This document shows positions 39,759 through 51,830 of a stretch of DNA of 64,000 bases, one piece after another (within the stretch, counting starts at the first letter, position 1; each line of letters starts with the position of its first letter). Location: assembly GCA_002189035.1 (NCBI GenBank), contig NEEC01000002.1, positions 5,208,001 to 5,272,000 on the forward strand. The letters run 5' to 3'. Position numbers and translations under genes: made by a program. Below the pieces are notes generated by a model, which was not told the DNA's origin, searched no databases, and was given only the letters and a program-made list of their open reading frames with translations. Origin of the DNA: Utricularia gibba. Lineage: Eukaryota; Plantae; Magnoliophyta.

Positions 39759-40725
39759 ATGGAGTGTTCAATCATAACCCTCTTCGCCTTTTCGGCCTTC
39801 ATCTTCTATGGCTCGACTACAGCGGTGGCGACATGCAACTCCATCAATGCCATCTACCAGTTCGGCGACTCCTTATCCGACACCGGGAACTCGATTCAAT
39901 TGCTCCCATTGCAACCCATGCCGGCGAGCAAATTTCCATATGGCATAAAGTATCCTGGCCCCCCATCTGGTCGATGGTGCGACGGTCGTCTCATCGTCGA
40001 CTACATAGGTAGAAGTTGATAATGGAACTCAGAATTGTGATCAAATCTAATCCTACTGAATTCGAAAATTTTGAGAATGAAAGTAAATATGGTAAAATAA
40101 GATGTTTGGAATGATAGCAGCCAATGCTTATGGGATTCCACCAGTGATGGCTTATTGGAAGAACAAGAATTGGTGCAATAGCGGTGTTAACTTTGCGGTT
40201 GCTGGTTGCACTGCAATTGACCCCTTGAAACTAAAAGCTGATTACGGTATCACGCCGCCATCAACTTGGTGTCTGTCATCACAAGTGGAGTGGTTCAAAA
40301 CACTCCTTGTGACGCAATGCCTCACGCCAACAGGTTTCAATTTTAGGTAGAGACAGATAACCCTTGAGAGCATTTCCTAATCCGTTGACTATACTTGTGA
40401 AGGATGCGTCAAGAAAAACTTATTGAAGAATTCAATGATTATCGTGGGAGAAATTGGAATCAACGACATCGAAGCTGGTGTTTCGTCGGGATTAACACTT
40501 CCGCGACTCCAAGTTCTAATCGTCAAGATCATCGAAACCATAATTAATGCGGCCAAGGTTAGTTATCAGAATACGATTGATTATTTTGTTTTCATGTTGA
40601 ATCACTTGAGCAAAATCTATTCCACTACAACCCAAGTTCTAAACGTACCAATGTATGTTTGCAGAACAGCGAAATACGCAACTTGTAAGTACGTTTTCTA
40701 TTTGTGGATGTGATTAGGAATTGAT

Positions 40726-42443
40726 TGTTGGAAGTATGCTTAAAAGCCATGTAATCTAGCATCCCATAATTGTTGTTCTCTCTTTTACGGCAATGTCCAG
40801 AATTGTATGTTTGGAGAATGTATTTTTAAGTTGTTAAAAATATTTGACAGATTCTCCTGTAACATGTATATTCGAATGATTCACAGTTTGAATACTTTGA
40901 TTGGGCATCATAGTTGACTTAACTATCACCTTTGTTTATTTACTGTGTTGATAAAGTGTATATCAAAATACAGTAAACAGTGGGTCGAATGCTGCTTGAC
41001 ATGAGATGTCAGAATAAACATGTGGGGTTCATGAGATGAGCTGACCGAACATGTGACGCTGAATAACATATGCATGGTATTTTACATATGTCAACACAAT
41101 GTTATTCAGATTGCTTTATGAAAATCCTTTGACTTGAGGTTTCATTGTGTCTTATATATTATTGCCTTAGATTTGTTGCTATTTAGGCTTGTTGAAATAT
41201 ACAAGTCAGCGATAGTGATGATCTAAGTCGACAGTATATGAAGATCTCTGAATAACCAAGATGGGATTCATTACTCCGGGTAAACGGAGAAGAGACTTTA
41301 GATTTCCTGATTGTTTCGTCGAGTAAATTCTTGGCCAGGTTGTCGAGATGTTGGAATGAGATTCCAAGTTCTCGTTTTGCCATCGAAACATGTGTTCAGG
41401 ATAATGTTGATGATCTAAATTAAATGGAATTTGACTATCCATGATTCCGTTCTAGATCGAAGTCTCTAATGAAGGGATATTCATAATAATAGCAATCAAG
41501 GTTCGTTATTGAATATCGGATTTAGTTTTAATCGGGTAAATACAATATGCTATGCTAGGCATCCCTTGTATTTTATGAGAAACACGATATCTTGGGACAA
41601 TATCATTGTTAGAGAAATGAGATTTCTCACCTCTCATTGCCGATTAAAAATGAACCTAGTAAATCACACACACAAAGAATTAGAAGTTGTCCGAGACGCT
41701 TGTGATTCGGGTTTTGGTAGACTCTAGCTTGTCTTTAAATTTGGATCACATGTTGGTTAAACATTGGTTATATGGGCTCAGGCCCATATAGGTAACCAAG
41801 GCCCAAATAATATGGGCTGATGATTTGGGCCACTAGGCCCAAGCCCATATTCTTTTAGCCCAAGCCCATATTTATTAGCCCACATTGAAATACGTGCCGC
41901 ATTAAAATGCGTGCCAATGCTTGGCTATAAATAGGAGGCAGTTGGCTTATTTCCTAAGGTTTTTGGAGTTCTTCTTATGGGAAGAGGTGTTCAAGCTCCG
42001 AAAGAGGAAAAGCACTTTAGGTAGAAACGAGACCGGTGAATAGCGATACGAAGAAGAGAACTCGACTCTGGTTTCGAGTTTGGTAATTTTTCTCCGCTTA
42101 TTCCACGTGTTTATTCTGTATTGATAGTCAGTGCAAATATGAGATATTAGCATTGGCTTTACTGTGTTTTCCCAATATGCCGATTCAAGAGTTGAATCAA
42201 GTTTTGATGTTAATATGAGATATTAGCATCAGATGGATGTATATTCCATGAGATGGTCAAAACATATTTTGGGCAAAATGTATGTGCTACATTTGTCGAT
42301 TTAACCTCGTCGGATTTATTTCTAGTTCGTGTGGATAAGCTAGAGGCATCGTTGTTTCAGTGCTATAGCGATATGAGATATCGCTGGTTACGAAAAGGGA
42401 AAAATATTCGTTTTTCCCACCTTCCGCTGCGCGTAACCCGACA
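40726..42443 (+). mobile_element. Solo LTR, Ty1/copia Angela-like (1718 bp)
   Basis: TGTTGGAAGTATGC...CCCGACA; perfect TSD TTGAT (40721-40725, 42444-42448); no coding domains inside. The lineage call rests only on the terminal sequence and length. Confidence 0.88.
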
Positions 42444-43071
42444 TTGATACCATGGGGGGCGGCCAATATTGCGATTCCTGGGTATTTCCCTATTGGATGC
42501 ATGCCTAGAGGACAAGCGGTCTTTGCGAGTTGGAACTCGACGAAGGATAATTCTGGATGCAACGCAGCTGCCAATGACCTTGTGAAATATGCAAACTCAC
42601 AGCTTCAAGCTGCTGTTCAAAATCTTGCCGCTACTAATCCAAATGTGAATATAGTCTTCTTGGACTGCAACGGAGCATATTTGGATCTTCTTAAAAATGC
42701 AAAAGCATATGGTATGTGTCATAACAATTTTCTCCTTTTGATGTTGCAAGTTGATCTATGTTTTTAATTGCAATTTCGTGCGATGTTTCTAAGGGTTCAA
42801 TGAAAGTGCTCTCCTCCAATCCTGTTGTGGAGATGGTTCCTATGCTTGGAATAGTGCAAAGTTCTGTGGTGACCCAGGAGTGTCACTGTGTGCTGATTCT
42901 AGCAAGTATATAAGCTGGGATGGCTCCCAACTCACAGAAGCAGCTCATTCTCATATTTTTGAGTACCTTAAATCATGGATCTCATTGGCTCATGGATGCA
43001 CTCCATCACCGCCACCGCCGCGTCCACCGCTTCCCTCGTCGCCACCACCTCTTCCCCCGTCGCCACCACCA

Positions 43072-43243
43072 CCTACACTGGCCCCAGCACCATCCCCATT
43101 GCCAGAAGACGGCCCACTTCCCTCGCCGCCACAACCATCTACACTGCCCCAGCACCATCCCCATCGCCAGAAGACGGCCCACTTCCCTCGCCGCCACAAC
43201 CATCTACACTGCCCCCAGCACCATCCCCATCGCCAGAAGATGG
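43072..43243 (+). repeat. Coding minisatellite, 66-bp unit x about 2.6 (PSTLPPAPSPSPEDGPLPSPPQ)
   Basis: Direct inspection. Confidence 0.9.
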
Positions 43244-46200
43244 CGAAAATGATGACTAGCTTCCGTTCGACCGAATACTCCTCGCAATGACCTTCATCCA
43301 ATAATAAGGGCCTTACTGTGTCCATTGGTCCCTATATTTGTATATGCTGGTGATTGATAAACACCTAGCCTATCAACCAACTCTGTTTTCCTTCATGTGA
43401 AAAACCTGTATGGTTATTGAATAAATTTCGTTACCATTATAAAACATGCCACCCTTTCTATTTTACATGCTCCATTCTTCAACGTGTAGTGTAATGTTGT
43501 GAGCTGCTTTAAGTCAATATTATCTGTTTTGGATTCATTTGGTTTCCTAATGATTTTATGTTTTCCCCAATAAAAAAAATTCGTACAAAATTTATTGATT
43601 CATTCCATTTATTTTCTTTACTTCCTCCGTCGATAAACAATATGAGATTCATCATCCCTTCCTTACATTGAAAAGGAATTAACTGATGGCCGGAAGCCCT
43701 TTTATTAGAAGTAATTCTAAAAAGATACCTTTGAACCAAATGAACAATCCTAAATCATAGCTTTACATTAAAATGGTGAATACTAATCTAAAAGTGCACT
43801 CATTTTAGAATCATCCCTAATTCGTTATATATTTGTGTATTAGACTTTTTTATTCTCCATCCAAATTTCTTAACTCCTTACAAAGTCAACCAAACTTTTA
43901 ACCATCCGACATTAGGGTTCATTAGAGCTCCAATTATGAAATCGATTCACGGGTATAATACGGAGATAATTCGAAAACGAGCAATTTTGGAACATTGTCT
44001 AGAGTTTTAGAGAGTGTCTGGCTGTGCATTTAGGAACCTTTTATACCATATCTTGAAGGACTGGGTAATGTATCGTTAGGAATTGGATTCATTAATTATG
44101 AATTCTATTTATCAAAATATTAGAATATAATTATAAAATCATAATTTAATCCATCAAAATATTGAAATATAAAAAAATAAAAGTATGTCCCTAAACATTT
44201 GATATAATTACATTAAAAAGCTTTATGAATCATATTCATTATCCCCATATCTCAATTAAATACTATGTAATCCAACTACAAATGAATATCGATACAAATA
44301 CATATATACAAATATAGTTGTTAAGATTTATTTAAAATATATATATCAAATATCTATAACATATTTTATATTTGTTCGTAAACATCTTCATCAGGTAAAC
44401 AGTAAAAAAATTAAAAAATAACAAAATAAAAGAAAAAAAAGATAATTGGATCTAGCCTACTAAAATATCAATTCGGATCTAATTCGATTGAACCTTGGAT
44501 CGAACCTATGTTTTTAAAAAACTGCCTTCCTTACATTGGGAAGGAATTAACTGATGGCTGGAAGGGCATCAAAGATTTAAAGATCACAATCGATCATCGA
44601 GAATCCAGTTGTTTTTGGAGCTCAACGATGATGGGACAAAGTAAATAAATTATCTCCTTTAAATAACATGTCTTCACATGCTAAACCATAATGTAATGAT
44701 CCGTATTAAATGTTGTTGATATGTAAGATCAAATAGATTAAACAAATGAAAGGTGTCCAAATCCATTTTCGCGTGTAATACACAATCTTATGTCAAAATA
44801 ATTACCACAAATATTTTATCTACTTAAGGAGTTGTTTGATAAGAGAGTATAGAGAATCTATACTCAAGTTTACTCATTAGTGTTATTTGATTAACTAGTA
44901 TACATATATCAACCTTATATGGCTTTACCATTCACATTCTCATTTTTTAAGTATATGATTAGTATATACAAATGGAAGTGGGGTTAGTTATACGTATACC
45001 ATTCACATATTTGGACTTCTATTCTCCCAGATCTTATAAACATATTAGTTCCAACTTACAAGTCCCATTCATTTGGTGGCAAATTCAAACACCAGAACCT
45101 ATCCATTTCAAAGTTTGAAACCTGTGAGGGTATTTTGTATCACTTTTTTCATAATCCACTTCTAAGTAAGAAAAACTTATTAGTCACTCATAATTACAGA
45201 GTGACTGATATGTACAATCAAAGTTAAAAAATTAAGTTGATATTATTTCATTTTATTGACTTATATCTAGATACTAAAGACTATTTTACCCCTTATTATT
45301 TGATAATAATAAAATATGAATATAAAATAATTTCAAAAATCTAGAGAGAGTCCATCAAAGACATATGTCTACACATAAAAATAAAGACATCACATTTAGT
45401 CCCTATAATAGCATGTGTCACGTGTTACGATTCTTGATTGATCCAAAGAAAATCATTATTTCAATATCATTTTCCAATTGTATAAAAACTTCATGTACAC
45501 AAAGCTTATGGTAATGCTATGGAGGCTTCAATTGCTAAATACTTATCATTTTCATCTTGATAATTAATTTTATGTCATTTATATTTGCAATTTTACATCC
45601 CTTTTATTTTAATTTCCCTATTTTTAGATAAACTTTATATCTTTCATATTAATCCTTGATTTTTTTGGAGGAAAATTATATTTTATTATTTTTCAGGATA
45701 ATTTTGACTTAATGTAGAAGAAATTCAAGCTAATCTTAGTGAAGTCAAAAATTTGGTCTATCCGAATGAAAACTCGGTTGAAAAATCTCAGAAAATATAA
45801 GATTCATATCTTATCTTGGAAGATTTGAATCTTATATTAAGAGATTTACATCTCATCTTAGAAGTTTCGAATAGAAAATTTGATATAAGTCCATCTAAAA
45901 AGTCCAACAATCTCCACTTCTATATATAGATTGGAGATTTGAGTCTTTGAGTTAGTTGAGTAATCTCGATTTTTGTACTTTTAGATTCATTTGAAGTCGA
46001 TTTCATCAATTTTTGTGTGTTAGAGTTGAGCATGCACGTGTGAATGCTTGTAGCTAACAATCTGCAGTAAAGCTTGGCTTGTGCAAGTGTTGTGCATGTG
46101 ATTGATTTACCATGTTTTTTGACATTTAATTTAAGGTTTGATTTTATTTTTCAAGTTTTCTTTACCAACGTTCTCTTTAATACCACATTATCTTAAGGGA

Positions 46201-47484
46201 ATGTATAAGAATTTCAGATTGACCTCAAGCACCTAAAGAGAAGGTCTCAATTAGACATCATTGATAAGATATATTCTATCTAATTTATTTGCAAGGTGTG
46301 AAGTATATGGGTTAGATTTGAGTGTGAGTAACATATGAGTTACCACAGAAGATGAAATAGTTCTGGTAGTGTAGTTAATTTTATAATCCTACTAAACAAG
46401 GTATGATGTTATAATGATTATCGAGTAGTACTATTTTAAAATTGTACCTCCAAAACTTGCACAAAAAGGTCAATTATTAAGGTTTACACATACAAGCATG
46501 AGTGAATTTTGAGTAAGGTGGATTTTAAATCTAAAACTACTTTTTATTTTGTTTTTAAACTCAAACTTTTATTTTATTTTCGATTTTTTTGAGTCATTTT
46601 TTTAAATAAATTCTAATAATAATTCTATATGAATACGATCTTATTTTATTATTTCAACAATTTTTATTCACTTACAAAATTACCATCATATCTTTAGAAG
46701 TTGTCTAACAATTTCCATGTAATCACATGAAGTAAGAGTGTTAATACCTTGATTTATCCATGAATAGATAGATTGAAGAGTATCATCCATCTTAATTACA
46801 CTATCAACCACTACCCCGTTTGTTTCTTAGGGTTATTTATAAAAGTAGCCGCCCTCCTACTTTCTCTCTTATATTAAGTTAAAAAATTTTAATTGAGAGT
46901 GATCATTTTTTTCACACAATTCATCAAAGTTGGCCATATTTATAATACACCCTTGTTTGTTGTGGTTTACTGATGCAAATGGTAATGGAAAATAAACCAC
47001 TATTTTTCTTTTCCCTCCAACCAAACGTAGGCTCGAAACATTGGAATTTGTGACCAATTTGATGTTTAATAGTTTGAAACAAAAAAATGTGATGAAATTT
47101 TGATTCAATAGTCGGTTCATCCTCACAATTTTATGCGCATATTTTTTATTGGAATAATCGTGCACAATTTTATAAGATGGCTAAAATGGTGACTCGGAAT
47201 CAGAACTTTAAATATGTAAGACAGATTGTTATATATGAAAAACCACATAAGAAGTGATTCTAATACAATTTAGAAAACCAGAATTTATATACATTTGAAA
47301 TTGTTTTTGAAAATGATTATTGTATTCATGTTTGTTATTAATCTTAATTTATAAATATATGAATTAAAAAGTTATTATTTATTAGTGAAAGAAATTGAAG
47401 TGAAACCTCAGACCCTATGACACACAAATAAAAAACAGAACAAAAAATAATTTACTAGTGAAAGAAATAATAGATTTAAGATGA

Positions 47485-47659
47485 AAACTACCATTATTTT
47501 ATGCCTTCACTATAATCCAGCAACTAAAATTAATGGGTTCGTTCCCTCTTGAGCACAACATGCAGCTGATTTGCACATAATTGTTTTAAATATGCATGTA
47601 TCATGAAGATTCCCTAGTTATGATGATGTCCCACCTTCATAGCATCTTTTTTCTCTTCT

Positions 47660-47704
<45 letters not shown>

Positions 47705-47786
47705 CTTGGGATGTTTTCTAACAACTAATACCAAGAACACCCACTTGAATCTGAAATTCTTCTCCTCTATAAAATGGATCAACCTA
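47485..47786 (+). promoter_or_regulatory. Conserved proximal promoter of GDSL copy C, containing an expanded poly-T run
   Basis: Same motif string as A and B; long T run at about 47662-47699. Confidence 0.65.
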
Positions 47787-47873
47787 ATGGAGTGCTTATT
47801 CATAACTCTCCTTGCCTTTATGACCTTCATCTTCTACGCCACATGCAACTCCATCAATGCTATGTACCAGTAG
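47787..47873 (+). pseudogene. Truncated GDSL copy C (28 codons)
   Basis: [28 protein letters not shown]; an 18-nt in-frame deletion relative to A and B; homology stops one codon before FGDS. Confidence 0.9.
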
Positions 47874-48093
47874 AGTGTGGTACATATATTAATATTACTC
47901 TCACTTACTTATTTTACAACTAACCATACTTTTTAATTTATTAAATTTTAATCATTATATATTCGTTTTTTAGCATACAAAATTCTATACGATTGTGGGG
48001 TATAGTATTATCCTAATATAATAAGTAAAATATAAAATAAATAACTAATTGATTCAAAATATTCCAAACAATTAAATGATACGTAAGATAAGT

Positions 48094-48235
48094 TTAAAAT
48101 AAAAAATATATATACATGATCTAAGTAATACATAAAGATCAACTGATAATATATATTTAAAATAAAAATATATACACATGATCCAAGTAATGCATAAGTA
48201 TCAACTGATAATATATATTTAAAATAAAAAATATG
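48094..48235. repeat. AT-rich tandem repeat, about 62-bp unit x 2.3
   Basis: TGATCTAAGTAATACATAA...TCAACTGATAATATATATTTAAAATAAAAA repeated. Confidence 0.7.
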
Positions 48236-49054
48236 CAATCTATCCAAAAGATATCTAAGGATCGAACAGGTTCCTCTTGACATGTGCATGGTCGTTGGTT
48301 ATGCTTACCCTGCCGGATCCTAGTCGGATCCTAACATTGGTCGCCTTATGCATATATCTAGGGGTTAGGTTACCACACAACTAACCTTGACCACTTAGCA
48401 ACATAAAGGGGTAATCACATATCATGGGCACAACCCAAAACTATAAAATGTTTGTGCAAACTATTAACATCAATTATAGCTCCAAAACGGGCGAACCATG
48501 TCCCAAAATAATTAACAGCCTCGCCCCTATCTTCCCTGTACCCATGCACAAGCACGCTCGTCACTCACCACCAATCTCAATTCCTAAGTGCCTAATGCCA
48601 TCCCCTGCCTGCACTTGACGCTCAATCGCTCCATGTCCCACCTGCCTGGTCCAACGCTACCCCCGTTATCGGCCTCCACCCCGCTACCCTGAAATACAAC
48701 CATAACAACGCCCACTTAGTCCAGTCTCCACCTCAGCAACGACTGTTGCTCGCGTGCATAGGCGTGGGTGTGTTAATTTTTCAACTGCATCATTATGGGT
48801 TCAGATCTTTTTGATTAAAATTATATTTTTTGAAAAATTTAAATTAATTTAAAAATATAATCAAAACATTATATTCGTTGTTTTTTAATATTTTTTAATA
48901 TTAAAATTATGTAAAAATCCTTAATTGAAAAAAATTATGCATTTTTTAATATTTTTAAATATTTGTTTAATATGATTTTTACTTAAATTTGAGATTATGT
49001 ATTACATATATATATATATATTTATTTATTTTATGATTTCCTTTTATATTAAAT

Positions 49055-49490
49055 AATTTTTTTAATTTATAAGTAAAAAATTATCCTTTTCTTAAATCCT
49101 AAATCAAAGTTTTGAAACTTTATAGCTATTTAAAGTGAAAACTAGTAAGATATTATACGTTATTTTTTATTGTTATAATGTAAATGGATTCTCAACTATA
49201 TTAACAACTAATTAACTACATCGATATGCACCATTCAATCATCTAACTGACCGGCTCCCACCTCTAGACGTGTTATTGTATTTATTTTAATCAAGTAACT
49301 GAATAATTAAAATATTAGAATTTTATGCTTTTCTATCATACTAAGTAATTTTTTTAATTTATAAGTAAAGAATGATGTTTCTTAAATACTAAGCAAAAGT
49401 TTTGAATCTTTATGGCTATTTAAAGGGAAAAATAGTAGAATATCACATGTTATTTTTCATTGCATCACAAATGGATTCTCAATCATTTAT
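49055..49490. repeat. About 150-bp degenerate direct repeat (49055-49200, 49348-49490)
   Basis: AATTTTTTTAATTTATAAGTAAA...GCTATTTAAAG...AAATGGATTCTCAA occurs twice. Confidence 0.7.
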
Positions 49491-51325
49491 AACAAAATGC
49501 TTTTATGTAAACGATATTGATTACCCAAATGGGTATCATGCTTATGATAAACCGTCGGTATGCATACTTTCTCTTTAACGTTATATTTCATTATCCTCAT
49601 TACAACAAACAATTTTTTTAGTATGTGATATTAACAGTTTGGATTATGATGTTAATTTGGTTATTCGGTTTTACGATTCTTTTTCATATTGTATTTGTGT
49701 TATGGGAATCTCTATCAAATACAACTTGTTGTATGTTTTCAATCCAACTCATGCTGCCATGGGCTATGATATTTTTATGAAAATGGTGTCAAAGATTACA
49801 CTATATTAGGATATTGAATTTCACTTTAATATTCAAACAAATGAAGGTCAAGAAACTTATGGTACTTATAAACAATTAACTATTTAATTATTTTTAATTA
49901 ATTAATGTGTTATTTGCTACTAACTTAGATTTTTGCATATTATAGGTATTTTTCATGAGCCTAATGAAGAAAATGATGATCGACAAAAGGATAATCATGA
50001 TCTTTTATTTGATAATTTGGTTGACTATATTGCATGTTGGGGTGTTGAGTTTTATAAAAAGTGGTTTGTGCTAAACTTTTACAAATTATCGTGAGTTTGT
50101 AAAAGGAGGTTTTAAAACTACTAAAATACAATATAAGTAATGAACTTTGATTAAGGGAAGTAATTCTTAAGATAGAGATTCGGTTTTCTCCTTTTGTCTA
50201 TCTGATTACTTATAAATAATTGGTTATAGGAGTTAAGAAGGCACGAGCATGGCCTCATGTGGTTCCCTTGGATGATTGAGAGGACAAGATGATTGTTGTC
50301 GATTGCCCTCAAAATCGAATTTTGTATGTGTGTCCAGCTGTTACCAATGACCAATGGCGAGTACGAGATCGCTACCCATTCATTATGGTGGTATCCCGAT
50401 CACAGATAATTCGCTCTATCCCTCAAACCAATAGAGTTGGAGATGGTGTTCTTTACCTTGCTCTTCATCAAAATTGGCGAGAAAAATCCTACTTCTCATG
50501 GACCGTGATTAGAAGACATTATAGAAAGACTATAACATGACGTGTAGAGGTATGCGAAATCCGGTAGAAGTTCAGCAAAGAACTGAGATTGATACTCAAG
50601 ACGTGGAAGTAAACTTCATCTATTCATAGAAACTATAAAGGTTTATCCACGATTGACTATCAAAAACAGAAAACAAAAAGGATAAAGCTAAACTGCTCTT
50701 CCTCCCTATGGTAGAGAGAGAAGAACAGATTCAAGTGGTTTTCCAAGTTTTCTTCAATTCACTCCTACATGCATTAACTTTCTATGCTCCCTCTCTATTA
50801 TTCTTTCTGTTTTGCATGTACAACCAGCTTTGCCATTTTTGCAAGTAAGTGCTCAATTATTGCTACAAACTCTTACATGTTGTAACTTAGAGACCACAAT
50901 GGATCTACTTCACGTACAAGTCACAAAATGTCAGTCTCTGGTCTCCTACAAGTCTTCTACAAGTCTCCTACAACACTTCAACTATCTCCTACCACTTTGG
51001 GTGAAAATACATGAAAACAACACAAAAATATGGATAAATAATAATAAATGGAATTTTCTAGTAAAACAAAATACTTATTAATATAACTACTAATTTGGAT
51101 GACTTAATTCTAAATTAACACATAATAATATAAAAATAAAGAAATAGAAAATGGCACTTAACATACTATGATAATGATTATGATGAATAGAGACAAGAAC
51201 CGAATAATGAAAATGATAAAGATCATCAACAAGAAGAAGGTCTAAGGGATGATACAAAGGAAGCTGATCAAAATAAATATGGTCAATAGCTCCTCCAACC
51301 TTTATTGAAAATTTAATCAGACGGG

Positions 51326-51830
51326 ATGAAGAAAATCCAGATCACATTCCTAATCCCATTCATTCTTTACCATCTCCATTTACTTGATACTAGTGTTTCG
51401 AATCAAAAGATGCATTTCAATAGGAATTCACTCAAGATTGGAAGAGAATTTGTTACCTACCGAGTGCAAGATGAAAAACATGATGAATTTCATTGCAACA
51501 AAAGATTTGATCAAGATTGCGAAAGGAGAATGATTGTGCATATTACAAGAAATATACAATATGGAAGATATCACAAATAGATGAACAGCATACTTGTATG
51601 CCTCTTGGTCTCAAGTCATTTTTTCATAGAAATATTACATGTAAATATATTTCAGAATTATCGAGATCTTTTCTAGAGGTAGATATTTATACTAAAACGA
51701 AAACTATTCAAACACTTGTGAAGGAGAAAACAAGATTCATTGTATTTTATTATTGAGCTTGGCATGGAATCACAAGACATATGAATTGGGGTGACGGCAA
51801 TTGTGAGCTTACTGTTTATTCAGTTTATTT
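51326..51830 (+). pseudogene. MuDR-domain fragment of another decayed MULE
   Basis: C...WKISQIDEQHTC...HRNITCKYIS pattern; no TIRs found. Confidence 0.5.

Larger units (their letters stand above)
39759..43259 (+). pseudogene. Secreted GDSL/SGNH esterase-like protein B, exon 4 interrupted by a solo LTR. Exons 39759-40008, 40121-40333, 40403-40557, 40718-40725 plus 42449-42711, 42794-43259
   Basis: Same exon phases as copy A and no in-frame stops in the enzyme domain; block V reads WDGSQLTEAA (His to Gln); short Pro-rich tail with a 1-nt deletion near 43147. Confidence 0.85.

Noticed and set aside
44825-45050. Tourist-like MITE
   Set aside because: The left end looks TIR-like but the right TIR and TSD could not be matched convincingly.
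45890-45945. Short hairpin AATCTCCA...TGGAGATT as a miRNA precursor
   Set aside because: The stem is too short and centred on a TA repeat.
50289-50540. 83-aa ORF as a captured gene
   Set aside because: No recognisable motif or splice context.
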